Below, piece by piece: positions 26,727 through 35,417 of a stretch of 64,000 nucleotides of DNA; position 1 is the first letter of the stretch; every line of letters starts with the position of its first letter. A program made the translations under genes and the position numbers. Source of the stretch: Deltaproteobacteria bacterium (lineage in GTDB: Bacteria; Myxococcota_A; UBA9042; DTJE01); the NCBI GenBank assembly GCA_029547805.1, contig JAKPOP010000020.1, positions 9,797 through 73,796 of the forward strand. Direction: 5' to 3'. The notes under the pieces were generated by a model that was given only the letters and a program-made list of their open reading frames with translations, was not told the origin of the DNA and searched no databases.

Positions 26727-28403
26727 TCACCTCCCGTCGCCAGTCAGAAACGACCACAGCAACCCCAACAGAAAGAACCAGGCCAGCACCGCCGCGGTCC
26801 ATCCCGCCCAGGTGGACCAGGTGCCTCCCTGCTCCAACAGCACCACCGACCCGAAGAAGAACGCCGGGAACAGGACCGCCAGGATCACCCGGTTGATCAA
26901 CGTCCCCAGCAGCGCCCGCCGGGCCGGTTCCGCCGGGGATCGGACCTGGATGGCGAACTCCCCCTTGCGGATCTTCCGCAACACTCGCCGGATCTCGAAG
27001 GGGGCATCCTTCAACAGGTTCGCCAGGTCCATCGAGGTCCGGGCCACGGCCTGGGAGTGCTTCCTGGCGTCGAGCATCCGCTGCACGTAGACCTCGGTCA
27101 GGTAGGGACGGATGGCCTCCAGGGGGCGAAACTCCGGGTAGACCTGGTGGCCGAGCCCTTCCATCGTCGCCACCGACTTGCCCACCAGCAGCAGGTCCGT
27201 GGGCAGCATGACGTGGTGACGCACCGTCACCGTCGAGACCTCCTGGAGGAAACCCGCGACGTCCACATCGCCCAGTTGCACGTCCTGGTAGCGCACCAGG
27301 ATGGACCGGAGGTCCGTCCGGAGAACCCGGAGGTCCGTCTCGTCGGAGACGAGGTCCGCCTCGACCAGCTGGTCCACCACCATCTCCACGTCGCCGGTCA
27401 GGACCGCCACCAGGAACCCCAGGATCTCGTCGATCCGCCGAGGCTCCAGGGTGCCCATCATGCCGAAGTCCAGCAGCACGATGGTCCCGTCGGAACGCAC
27501 GAAGAAGTTGCCGGGATGGGGGTCTGCGTGGAAGAACCCGAATTCGAAGATGGACCGCATCGTGATCCGCATCCCCAGTTCCACCAGGGCCCTGAGGTCC
27601 ACCCCCATCGCCTCCAGGGCCTCTCGATCCGAGACCTTGACCCCCTCCACCCGCTCCATCGTCAGCACCCGCCGCCCGCTGGCCTCCAGCAAGGGCTCCG
27701 GGACCTTCAGGCCCGGCTCGTCCGCGAAGTTGCGGGCATAGCGCATCATGCTGTGGGCCTCGGTCCGGAAGTCCGTCTCCCGCCGGAGGGACTTCGTGAA
27801 CTCCTCGACGATGGCCAGGGGACGGAAGATCCGGGACTCGGGAATGCCCTCCTCGAGGCGATGGGCCAGAGTGCGCAGCAGGCGCAGGTCCGCCGAGATC
27901 TGCCCCTCCAGGGACGGCCTCTGGACCTTGATCACCACCTCGCGGCCGTCCCGCAGCACCGCCCGGTGCACCTGGGCGATGGAGGCCGCCGCGATGGGGA
28001 CGGGATCGATGCTCCGGAAGACCTCGTCCCACTCCCGCCCCAGGTCCTCGCGGATGGTCTCGATCACCCCCTCGAAGGGAAACGGCTCGACCTCGTCCTG
28101 GAGATGCCGCAGTTCCTCCACCAGGGAGACGGGCACCAGGTCCGGGCGCGTCGCCAGCATCTGTCCCAGTTTCACGAAGGTGGGGCCCAGTTCCTCCAGC
28201 ACCCGGCGGATGCGCCGCTCGATGGGCAGGTCCTGGGCAGGTCCCCGGCGCAGGACCCCCCGCCAGACCGACCGTACCCAGGCCAGGGGCCCCAGGCGCG
28301 CCGCCACGTCCGCCAGGCCGTGACGGGCCAGCACCCCGGCGATGCTCCGCAGGCGCCGGACCTCGCCCCAGTGCCAGGGCATCAGCATCGAGAGGACGCT
28401 CAT
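26727..28403 (-). CDS. ubiB: ABC1/UbiB-family atypical protein kinase (AarF domain) with a C-terminal transmembrane region.
   Basis: ABC1-family motifs are present: the catalytic-loop-like FFHADPHPGNFFV and the DFG-equivalent LLDFGMMG. There are C-terminal hydrophobic helices. The gene symbol reflects family-level assignment only. Confidence 0.75.
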   Translation of the reverse strand: MSVLSMLMPWHWGEVRRLRSIAGVLARHGLADVAARLGPLAWVRSVWRGVLRRGPAQDLPIERRIRRVLEELGPTFVKLGQMLATRPDLVPVSLVEELRHLQDEVEPFPFEGVIETIREDLGREWDEVFRSIDPVPIAAASIAQVHRAVLRDGREVVIKVQRPSLEGQISADLRLLRTLAHRLEEGIPESRIFRPLAIVEEFTKSLRRETDFRTEAHSMMRYARNFADEPGLKVPEPLLEASGRRVLTMERVEGVKVSDREALEAMGVDLRALVELGMRITMRSIFEFGFFHADPHPGNFFVRSDGTIVLLDFGMMGTLEPRRIDEILGFLVAVLTGDVEMVVDQLVEADLVSDETDLRVLRTDLRSILVRYQDVQLGDVDVAGFLQEVSTVTVRHHVMLPTDLLLVGKSVATMEGLGHQVYPEFRPLEAIRPYLTEVYVQRMLDARKHSQAVARTSMDLANLLKDAPFEIRRVLRKIRKGEFAIQVRSPAEPARRALLGTLINRVILAVLFPAFFFGSVVLLEQGGTWSTWAGWTAAVLAWFFLLGLLWSFLTGDGR

Positions 28404-28771
28404 CGGTCCTCCCCGGGGCCCGCGGCATCGTTCGCCGGGGCCTCCGCCCGTGCGGCCTCCCCTGGATCAGCGGGTGGGGGGTCCCCCACCGGCTCTCCGA
28501 TGGTCCTCCACAGGGTCGCCAGGACCTCCCCGAGGGGACCCGCCGCCGATCGCAGCCCCCGGATCGCCGCCAGGGCCGTCTCCCGATGGGCCCGACCCTC
28601 CTCCTCGCTCCGGACCAGGCGGGCCGCCACCTTCTGGCGAAGTCGTTCGCGGGCCTCGGGAGACAGGTTCCGGATCACCTCCGGCCGGGCCAGCACGGCA
28701 TCCAGCAGGTGCCGTCGCAGGGCCTCCGCCACGAGCGATTCCAGGCCTTTTTGCAGAGGTCCGCTCTCCAT
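28400..28771 (-). CDS. Hypothetical helical protein of about 123 aa, translationally coupled to the UbiB-family gene by a 4-nt overlap.
   Basis: The internal start MESGPLQKGLESLVAEALRRHLL has GGAAGGG 3 nt upstream. The longer ORF start overlaps the upstream glycosyltransferase gene in another frame and is rejected. No recognisable motif. Confidence 0.35.
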   Translation of the reverse strand: MESGPLQKGLESLVAEALRRHLLDAVLARPEVIRNLSPEARERLRQKVAARLVRSEEEGRAHRETALAAIRGLRSAAGPLGEVLATLWRTIGEPVGDPPPADPGEAARAEAPANDAAGPGEDR

Positions 28772-28794
28772 CGACCCTTCCGCGCCTCCCGAGG

Positions 28795-29493
28795 TCAGGA
28801 ATCCCGCAGATCCCGGCGCAGTGCCAGCATCTCCCGAACCACCCGATGCACGCGCCTCGTCGACAGCACCTTCGAGCGGCCATGGGCCCGAGGCCGGGGA
28901 GGATCCAGCGTCACGACGACCGGGCGCACTCCCCTGCGCATCCACCGCAGCGGCAGTTCCACGTTGACCAGGAAGGACTCGGACCGTGGCGTGACTCCCT
29001 CCAGGAGCCTGCGCCGGAACAGCATCGTCCCGGTGAACCGGCAGCGGTCGCCCAGCAGGGCCCAGGCCGTCGCCTGGAACCCCAGGGTCACGAGGCGCCG
29101 CAGCAGGCCATCGCCCCGATCCCGGTAGACCGACAGGACCAGGTCTCCCTCGCCGCGGCGTGCCAGCAGCCCCTCCAGGGCCTCCGGAGGCACCTGCCCA
29201 TCCCCCGGGAGCTGGGTCACCCACTCCCCTCGGGCGGCCTCATAGCCGCTCCAGATGGCCCGTCCCATTCCGAGGTTTTGGGGATGATGCACCACCGTGA
29301 CCCCCGGGTGTTCCGCCGCCAGCCGGTCCGCCAGGTCCCCCGTCCCGTCGGTGGATCCGTCATCCACCACCACCACCTGTCCCCCCTCGGGGCACACCCG
29401 GGCCAGCCAGCGGACGGTCGCCATCACCTGTTCCGGGAGGCTTTCCGCCTCGTTGTAGGCCATGATGACCACCGACAGGGACTCCCCACCCAT
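28795..29493 (-). CDS. Family 2 glycosyltransferase (polyprenol-phosphate sugar transferase-like).
   Basis: The Shine-Dalgarno GGGAGG lies 6 nt upstream of ATG (MGGESLSVVIMAYNEAESL). GT-A motifs are present, including VVVDDGSTDGT (DXD-like). Confidence 0.65.
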   Translation of the reverse strand: MGGESLSVVIMAYNEAESLPEQVMATVRWLARVCPEGGQVVVVDDGSTDGTGDLADRLAAEHPGVTVVHHPQNLGMGRAIWSGYEAARGEWVTQLPGDGQVPPEALEGLLARRGEGDLVLSVYRDRGDGLLRRLVTLGFQATAWALLGDRCRFTGTMLFRRRLLEGVTPRSESFLVNVELPLRWMRRGVRPVVVTLDPPRPRAHGRSKVLSTRRVHRVVREMLALRRDLRDS

Positions 29494-29638
29494 GCACGCC
29501 TCCCGGCGGCCTTCGATTCTACTCCAGAAGACCCGTGGGGACAGTGCCCTTTTTATCGCGGACAACCCCTTGTTTCATCGACCGTTTCTCGGACTCTCCA
29601 GACGTCGGCGAGGACGGTGATTCCGCCGATCGTGCGCG

Positions 29639-30415
29639 TCAGGAGCGACGCACCGACCGGGTGAAGAGAAGGCGAGCGTTCGCTCCAAGGATCGCCCGTC
29701 GGTCCTGGTCCGACAGGTCCAGGGACTCGATCACCGCCAGGAAGGACCGGGGCTCGTTGAGGTTGTGATCGCTGCCGAAGACCAGTCGCGATGCCCCCAG
29801 GCGTTGCACCGCGTGGGCGATCAGCCACGGCTCCCGGATGCTCTCGGTCCCCAGGGAGACCCAGGACAGGTCCCGCTGACGGAGGGTCTCCACCACTCCC
29901 GCGACCAGGGCTGGCGAGTCCCCGCCCATGTGGGCCAGCACCATCGGCATGCGCGGCAGGGACGCCGCAACCTCCAGGGCGATGGTCCAACCCGCCACCT
30001 CCTGCCATCGACCGCAGTGGACCACGCAGGGAATCCCCTGTTCCGCAGCCCATTCCAGGAAGGGCCGGAACGCCGGATCCCGGAGAGGCCTGCGATGAAA
30101 GGAGGGATGGAATTTCAGGGCCGCGATGGACGCCGCCTCCCGCTGCAGGAACCCCGGCAGGTCTTGGTCCTCGGGGTTCACCCAGGCAGCGAATCGCCAG
30201 CCCGGATCCCCCTCCTCCCGGATCGCCCGCAGGGTCTCGTCGTTGTCCCCCCGATCGGTCGGCATCACGAGGGCCTCCCGGATGCCTGCCCGGCGCAGGA
30301 TCGCAGCTGTCTCGCTCACCGTGGACCCGTGGCCCAGGAAGTCCGGGGTCCTCCAGGTCCCCACGTGGACATGGCCGTCGAAGACCTCGATGCCAGGCTG
30401 CCGGGTCACCACCAT
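29639..30415 (-). CDS. Metal-dependent amidohydrolase-family (TIM-barrel) protein.
   Basis: The HxH motif is VFDGHVHVG near the N-terminus. A later segment is HCGRW...HMGGD, with further conserved His/Asp. The start MVVTRQPG was chosen because the longer N-terminal extension is low-complexity. Confidence 0.55.
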   Translation of the reverse strand: MVVTRQPGIEVFDGHVHVGTWRTPDFLGHGSTVSETAAILRRAGIREALVMPTDRGDNDETLRAIREEGDPGWRFAAWVNPEDQDLPGFLQREAASIAALKFHPSFHRRPLRDPAFRPFLEWAAEQGIPCVVHCGRWQEVAGWTIALEVAASLPRMPMVLAHMGGDSPALVAGVVETLRQRDLSWVSLGTESIREPWLIAHAVQRLGASRLVFGSDHNLNEPRSFLAVIESLDLSDQDRRAILGANARLLFTRSVRRS

Positions 30416-30731
30416 CTCCCCCGCGTGACGGCCCCGATGGTACCCGAGAACGGCCGGCAGGCGAAGGTCCGACGCAGCAGCACCGCAGGCGGCGGGGCCC
30501 CGGAACGGCCTTGCCGCCAGGAATCCCGTGTCCCGGCGAGCGCGAGGCTGCGCCGGCGCCCACGCTGGTTCGAGAACGTGGGATCCTGGAACGACCAGCG
30601 CCCCCAACGACCCATGAAACCATCGTGGTTCCAGAATGTTGCTTCGGGTGGATCGGTGACTGTCCCTCTTGATTGACAGGAGCGGCAACGAGTCCCATTG
30701 TTCGGCCGGCCTGTCGGAGGCGAGGATCGCC

Positions 30732-31106
30732 ATGCCCACCTACGAATATCACTGCAACGCCTGTCATGGGGATTTCGAGGTGGAGAAGCGCATGTCGGAC
30801 CCGGTGGAACAGACCTGCGCCCTCTGCGGATCCCCCGACACCCAGCGGCTGATCAGCCACTCCTCCTTCGTGTTGAAAGGAAGCGGGTGGTACGTCACCG
30901 ATTACGCCCGCAAGAATGGGTCCGGGAATGGGTCCGGGGGCACCCATGGCAGAAGGCACTCCTCCAGCACCGATGGGGGTTCCGGCAACGGGGGGAATGG
31001 CGATACCTCCTCGACCGCCGGCGGGACCCCCACCGTGAAGACCCCGGACCCGGCGCCCGCCTCGAAGACCGGATCGAGTGCATCCCCGACGGGAGGCGCC
31101 GGGTAG
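30732..31106 (+). CDS. FmdB-family zinc-ribbon protein with a Gly/Ser-rich C-terminal tail.
   Basis: MPTYEYHCNACHGDFEVEKRMSDPVEQTCALCGS is the classic FmdB CxxC-x(n)-CxxC N-terminus. Confidence 0.6.
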   Translation: MPTYEYHCNACHGDFEVEKRMSDPVEQTCALCGSPDTQRLISHSSFVLKGSGWYVTDYARKNGSGNGSGGTHGRRHSSSTDGGSGNGGNGDTSSTAGGTPTVKTPDPAPASKTGSSASPTGGAG

Positions 31107-31290
31107 CGCCGATCCCGACGGACCTGGCAGCGCGACAGATCCGGGAGGGGAATCGCGCCCGGGAACGCAGAGCGGGGGAAGGCATTTTCCGGTTGACGGC
31201 GGAAGGCAGCCAAGGTAACCTTCCGCGCCCTGGGCCGGGATCCCGTTCCGACCCGCGGCAAGACAAGAACCGTTTACAGAGAGTGAAGCC

Positions 31291-31950
31291 ATGGCCATTG
31301 CAATCCTCGGAAAGAAGATCGGGATGACCCAGTTCTTCGACGACATGGGAAACAGGATCCCGGTCACCGTGGTCGAGGCGGGTCCCTGCCAGGTGTTGAA
31401 GGTGAAGACCGCCGAGGGGGCGGACGGCTACGACGCCGTGGTCCTGGGCCTGGGAAAGGCGCGCCTGAAGTCCCTCACGCGGCCTGAACGGGGCGTCTTC
31501 GCGAAATGGAACGTCGAGGCGCCGGAGGTGGTCCGGGAGATCCGGGTCTCCCCCGAGGAGGCGTTGCTCTACAGCCCGGGAAGTGCCGTGGACGTCTCCC
31601 TGTTCCAGGTCGGCGAGCGGGTGGATGTCACCGCGAAGTCCCGGGGACGCGGCTTCACCGGCGTGATGAAGCGGCACGGCTTCCACGGCTTCTCCCGGAC
31701 CCACGGCGTCCACGAGTACCAGCGCCACTCCGGGTCCATCGGATGCCGCACCACCCCCGGCCGCGTCCAGAAGGGCATGCGGATGGCGGGCCGTCACGGC
31801 GACCACCAGTTCACGATCCTGAACCAGCGGGTGATCGCCATCTACCCCACCCAGAACCTTCTCCTGATCGAGGGCGGCGTCCCGGGAGCCCCGAACTCCC
31901 TGGTGGTCATTCGCAAGGCCGTGAAGGTCCCGATCAAGAAGTCCGCCTGA
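31291..31950 (+). CDS. rplC: 50S ribosomal protein L3. The copy is divergent and located outside any S10-type ribosomal operon context.
   Basis: The full-length L3 alignment is visible by eye: GMTQ...GFTGVMKRHGFHGFSRTHGV...GSIGCRTTPGRVQKGMRMAGRHG...NLLLIEGGVPGA. The flanking genes are non-ribosomal. Confidence 0.85.
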   Translation: MAIAILGKKIGMTQFFDDMGNRIPVTVVEAGPCQVLKVKTAEGADGYDAVVLGLGKARLKSLTRPERGVFAKWNVEAPEVVREIRVSPEEALLYSPGSAVDVSLFQVGERVDVTAKSRGRGFTGVMKRHGFHGFSRTHGVHEYQRHSGSIGCRTTPGRVQKGMRMAGRHGDHQFTILNQRVIAIYPTQNLLLIEGGVPGAPNSLVVIRKAVKVPIKKSA

Positions 31951-32199
31951 CCCCGCGCCCTGAAGGCCGGTCCCTCCCGGGATGGCCGACCCGTCAAGAT
32001 GCCGCCCGTGTTGCCATCCGGAGGCTTCTGCTATCCTCCTGCCACCAGGGAGGACGATTGCGCGATGGCGTGTCTGGCAAACCGGCAGGGTCGACGGCCC
32101 GTCTCGCCACCCGGAAAGAGGCCAGGCGTCGTTGCCGTGAAGGCATCGTTGCCGGCCCGCAGGAACGGAGCCCGTGCCCTCTGTCCGGCCAGGACTGCC

Positions 32200-34164
32200 A
32201 TGTTTCGTGGGGCGGTCTGCGGGATTCTGATCGGGCTGCTGGCCTGCGCCACCCCCGATCCCGGGGTCCCGGTGACGGTGCTCCGGGGAACCGCCTACCA
32301 GCGGGGCGTCGAACACGGCCGGGTCCATGGCGACCGCATCCGGTCGTTCTACACCTTGCTGCTCACCAACTCCCTGATGCCCTACCTGAACCGGGAGCGC
32401 CCGGACGTCGCCTCGGTGCTCACGCGCTACCTGTCGCGGGAAGAGGGACGGGAGGACACGCCCTTCCAGCAGTGGCGCGACCGGTGCCTGGCCGACTGCA
32501 CCTACAATTGCTCCGAGACCTGCGGCTTCTCCTATCTGCTCATGAAGGAGAGCGCCGCCCGCCTGAAGGCCTTCATCCCGCAGGAGGCCCTCGACGAGAT
32601 GCAGGGGATCGCCGATGGCGCGGGACTGCCGTTCGAGAAGGTGCTGATCCTGAACACCTTCTTCGATACCCTGCTGTCCTTCCGGGCGATCACGGCCTAC
32701 ATCCGCCAGTCCCAGGCCCCGATGCTGGTCCGCGTGGAGGTCCCGGCGGCGGCAGGTGACGGGCGGGACAATGACGAGGACGGCCAGACCGACGAGGAGG
32801 GGGAAGGTCTGCTGGCCCCCTTCGAGCCCTTTCCCCACGCCACCTGGGTCGAGGTGCCGGGGGACGGTCCCGTCCGCCTGCGCCTCCATGACATCAAGCT
32901 GAGCATTGGCGTGGACAAGGGCGACGAACCGGGGGTGGACCCGGCCACCGTGCAGATCCGCTACAACGGGGTGATCTACCGTTCCCCTGAGGACCGGCCC
33001 TTCCTGCAGACCTTCCCGGTGGAGGGGGACCGGGAATCCCTGGACGTGGTCTTCGCTCCGCCCGGGGGCTTTCCCCCGGCGTCGATCCAGGTCCTGGAGG
33101 TCCAGGCCGGGGACTTCAATCGGATCGTCCGGCCGCCGCCCGTCCATGCCCGGTTCATGCGAGAAGAGCGCATCGCATTCACCACCGCTGGCGCCGGGCT
33201 GGCCCGGGCCGCAGTGCCGAATCGGGCACCGCCTGAGGTTCCGGTCATCCCCCCGTCGATCGCCTTCGCCGCCAGGGGCCGGGCGACCTCCGACGGCAGG
33301 ACGCTGCTGGCCCAGCACTTCGCCCTGCTGGACTCCAATGCCTCCCACCGCCACGCCACGGTCTTCGTTCACCTCCCCGAGGAGGGCATCCCGTATGCGA
33401 TCCTCGGATACCCGGGACTCGTCTGGGGACTCGCGGGACTCAACGCCGAGGGCCTCGCCTGGACCTTCACCCTCTCGGACTCGCTCAACAACCCGATGGT
33501 GGAGGCCTTCCTGAAGGACCTCTTCGAGGCGCGCCTCCTGGAGGAGGGCGTCCCCATCGGCATCCTGGGGAGGCAGGTCCTCTCCCGGCGGGGGAACACC
33601 GCAGGGGCCCTGGAGGACCTCGTGCGGGTGAAGGCCTCCTTTGGATGGAACGTGCTCGTGGCGGACCGGGACGGGGACCTGGCCGCCGTGGAGATGGACA
33701 CCAATCTCCAGGGACGCCCGGAGGGCGGTGCCTTCGTGATCCGCCCGCCGGAATCCGACGCTGCTGCCGCGTCGGATACCGGAAGCCAGGGCCCCAGCGT
33801 GGGTCCCGACGACCTGCGAATCGCCAGCCACTTCCAGCGGAACCGGGACGACCTGACCACCCGCGTGCTCGTCTTCGACATCCGCCCCCAGCGGACGTGG
33901 AGCACCTTCTGGTATCGCTCGATCCAGGCCCATGGGATCCTGGGGGAGCAGATCGCCGCCCGCTACGGGCGCATCGATCGGGACGAGGCCGTCGCGATCC
34001 TCCGGCAACCCGCGCTGGTGGACCCGCGGGACTCGATGATCGCCTCGGTGATGGAACCGGCCCAGGCGCGGATCTGGTACGCGATGGGGCAGGTACCCGC
34101 CACGGACGGGGAGTTCTTCCTGCTGGACCTCCGGGACTTCCTCCCGGAAAGGGGTTCCCCATGA
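32200..34164 (+). CDS. Lipoprotein with an N-terminal peptidase-C45/acyl-CoA:6-APA acyltransferase-like (Ntn-hydrolase) domain and a long C-terminal extension.
   Basis: The lipobox is LLAC. The N-terminal region GTAYQRGVEHGRVHGDRIRSFY resembles the C45-family N-terminus. The start is the in-frame Met before the signal peptide. The long upstream ORF extension is rejected. Confidence 0.5.
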   Translation: MFRGAVCGILIGLLACATPDPGVPVTVLRGTAYQRGVEHGRVHGDRIRSFYTLLLTNSLMPYLNRERPDVASVLTRYLSREEGREDTPFQQWRDRCLADCTYNCSETCGFSYLLMKESAARLKAFIPQEALDEMQGIADGAGLPFEKVLILNTFFDTLLSFRAITAYIRQSQAPMLVRVEVPAAAGDGRDNDEDGQTDEEGEGLLAPFEPFPHATWVEVPGDGPVRLRLHDIKLSIGVDKGDEPGVDPATVQIRYNGVIYRSPEDRPFLQTFPVEGDRESLDVVFAPPGGFPPASIQVLEVQAGDFNRIVRPPPVHARFMREERIAFTTAGAGLARAAVPNRAPPEVPVIPPSIAFAARGRATSDGRTLLAQHFALLDSNASHRHATVFVHLPEEGIPYAILGYPGLVWGLAGLNAEGLAWTFTLSDSLNNPMVEAFLKDLFEARLLEEGVPIGILGRQVLSRRGNTAGALEDLVRVKASFGWNVLVADRDGDLAAVEMDTNLQGRPEGGAFVIRPPESDAAAASDTGSQGPSVGPDDLRIASHFQRNRDDLTTRVLVFDIRPQRTWSTFWYRSIQAHGILGEQIAARYGRIDRDEAVAILRQPALVDPRDSMIASVMEPAQARIWYAMGQVPATDGEFFLLDLRDFLPERGSP

Positions 34165-35417
34165 GGAGGTTCCAGGAATCGGGCGCCAGGGACTGGCGTG
34201 CCACCCCCTTCCTGCCCGGAGTCCTCTGTGCCTGCCTCTGCCTGGCGGCCCCGGGGACCCGGGCCGGGGGTCTCACGGACACCCTGCCCCGAAACGCCTT
34301 CCTGCTGGACCTGTCGTATCACTTCGCCTGGCTCGGTGGTGCCTGGGATGACAAGGGTCGGTACGGCTCCCTGCTCCCCCCCCTCGATCGCTACGAGCCC
34401 GGCGGCAGCCTCCAGGGAACCCTGACTCCAGACGCCAGGGTTCGCTACCACATCACCCTGTTCCAGTTGCAGTTCGGCCTTGCCGAGGCCCTCTCCCTGG
34501 GCATCGGAATCCCGCTCGTGCTCCGGACCGACATCACCCCGGACCTCCGGTGGACCCCCGGGGACGTTCAACCCTTCCTGGGCCGGGCCTACACCGAGGA
34601 CGACTTCTGGCAATGGGCCGCCAGCATGGGACAGCCTCGGCCCGGGTCCTGGACCGGGAATCGCAATGTCCTGGGAGACGTGGTGCTGGGCCTCCGGCTC
34701 CGGTTCACCGATTTCCTCCGCAGGGCCCGGGACCTCGGGATCCAGGGCGCCGTGACGATCCAGGGCGCCCTGCCCACGGGCCGTCAGGCGGACCCCGAGG
34801 AGGTCGTCGCCGCCGGGACCACGATGTGGGACCTCCAGGCCCAGGGGGACCTGGGGGTCCATCTGGCGATGGAGAAGACCTTTGGAGGGGTCCTGGAGGG
34901 ACGGCTGACCCTGGGTCTGGACCTGTTCTACGAGGCCTTTCTTCCCCACCGGTACGCCTCGGCCTTCGGGCGCCGGAATCCCCTGCTCTTGAACTACGGA
35001 CCCTATGTCGGGAAGGCCTACTGGATCGACGGGGGAGACCTCGCCGGGGCTGCCCTCCAGGTGGAGGGGGTGATCTGGAAGGGACCGGCTCGGGCCTCCT
35101 TCGTGAGCGGGGGCAGCCTGGACCGGGCCCGATCCCTCCCGCCTCTCTGGACCGCCTCGGTTCGGCTGGCCAGCGCCTGGATCGGCCAGACCGACTTCAC
35201 CTCGCGATCGTCCGTCTGGGACGCGATGCAGGAGGAGAAATGGAGACCCGGCTACCGCAATGTACTGGTCGTGTCCACGGTCCTCAGCCTGCTGCGCCTG
35301 GGAGCCCCGTTGCAGGTCACCGCGGCCTGGCGTTCCACGAGCCTGATTCCCGGGAAGAACACCCGGGCCTCGGACAGCCTGTCGGTGGGCATCCGGATTC
35401 CGGGGACCTTCTGGTAA
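34161..35417 (+). CDS. Predicted outer-membrane beta-barrel protein with a signal peptide and a C-terminal aromatic residue (...GTFW).
   Basis: ATGA overlap with the upstream stop. The N-terminal signal is MRRFQESGARDWRATPFLPGVLCACLCLAAPGTRAGG. The sequence has alternating hydrophobic beta-strand patterns and ends in Phe-Trp, typical of OMPs. Confidence 0.5.
   Translation: MRRFQESGARDWRATPFLPGVLCACLCLAAPGTRAGGLTDTLPRNAFLLDLSYHFAWLGGAWDDKGRYGSLLPPLDRYEPGGSLQGTLTPDARVRYHITLFQLQFGLAEALSLGIGIPLVLRTDITPDLRWTPGDVQPFLGRAYTEDDFWQWAASMGQPRPGSWTGNRNVLGDVVLGLRLRFTDFLRRARDLGIQGAVTIQGALPTGRQADPEEVVAAGTTMWDLQAQGDLGVHLAMEKTFGGVLEGRLTLGLDLFYEAFLPHRYASAFGRRNPLLLNYGPYVGKAYWIDGGDLAGAALQVEGVIWKGPARASFVSGGSLDRARSLPPLWTASVRLASAWIGQTDFTSRSSVWDAMQEEKWRPGYRNVLVVSTVLSLLRLGAPLQVTAAWRSTSLIPGKNTRASDSLSVGIRIPGTFW

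Noticed and set aside
31107-31290. 184-nt leader upstream of the L3 paralog as a ribosomal-protein autoregulatory leader or riboswitch.
   Set aside because: There is no recognisable conserved structure or motif. It is mentioned only within the L3 finding.
33645-34160. Upstream extension of the outer-membrane barrel ORF into the preceding gene.
   Set aside because: It lies in a different frame of the C45-like gene. The ATGA-coupled start at 34161 is followed immediately by a signal peptide.
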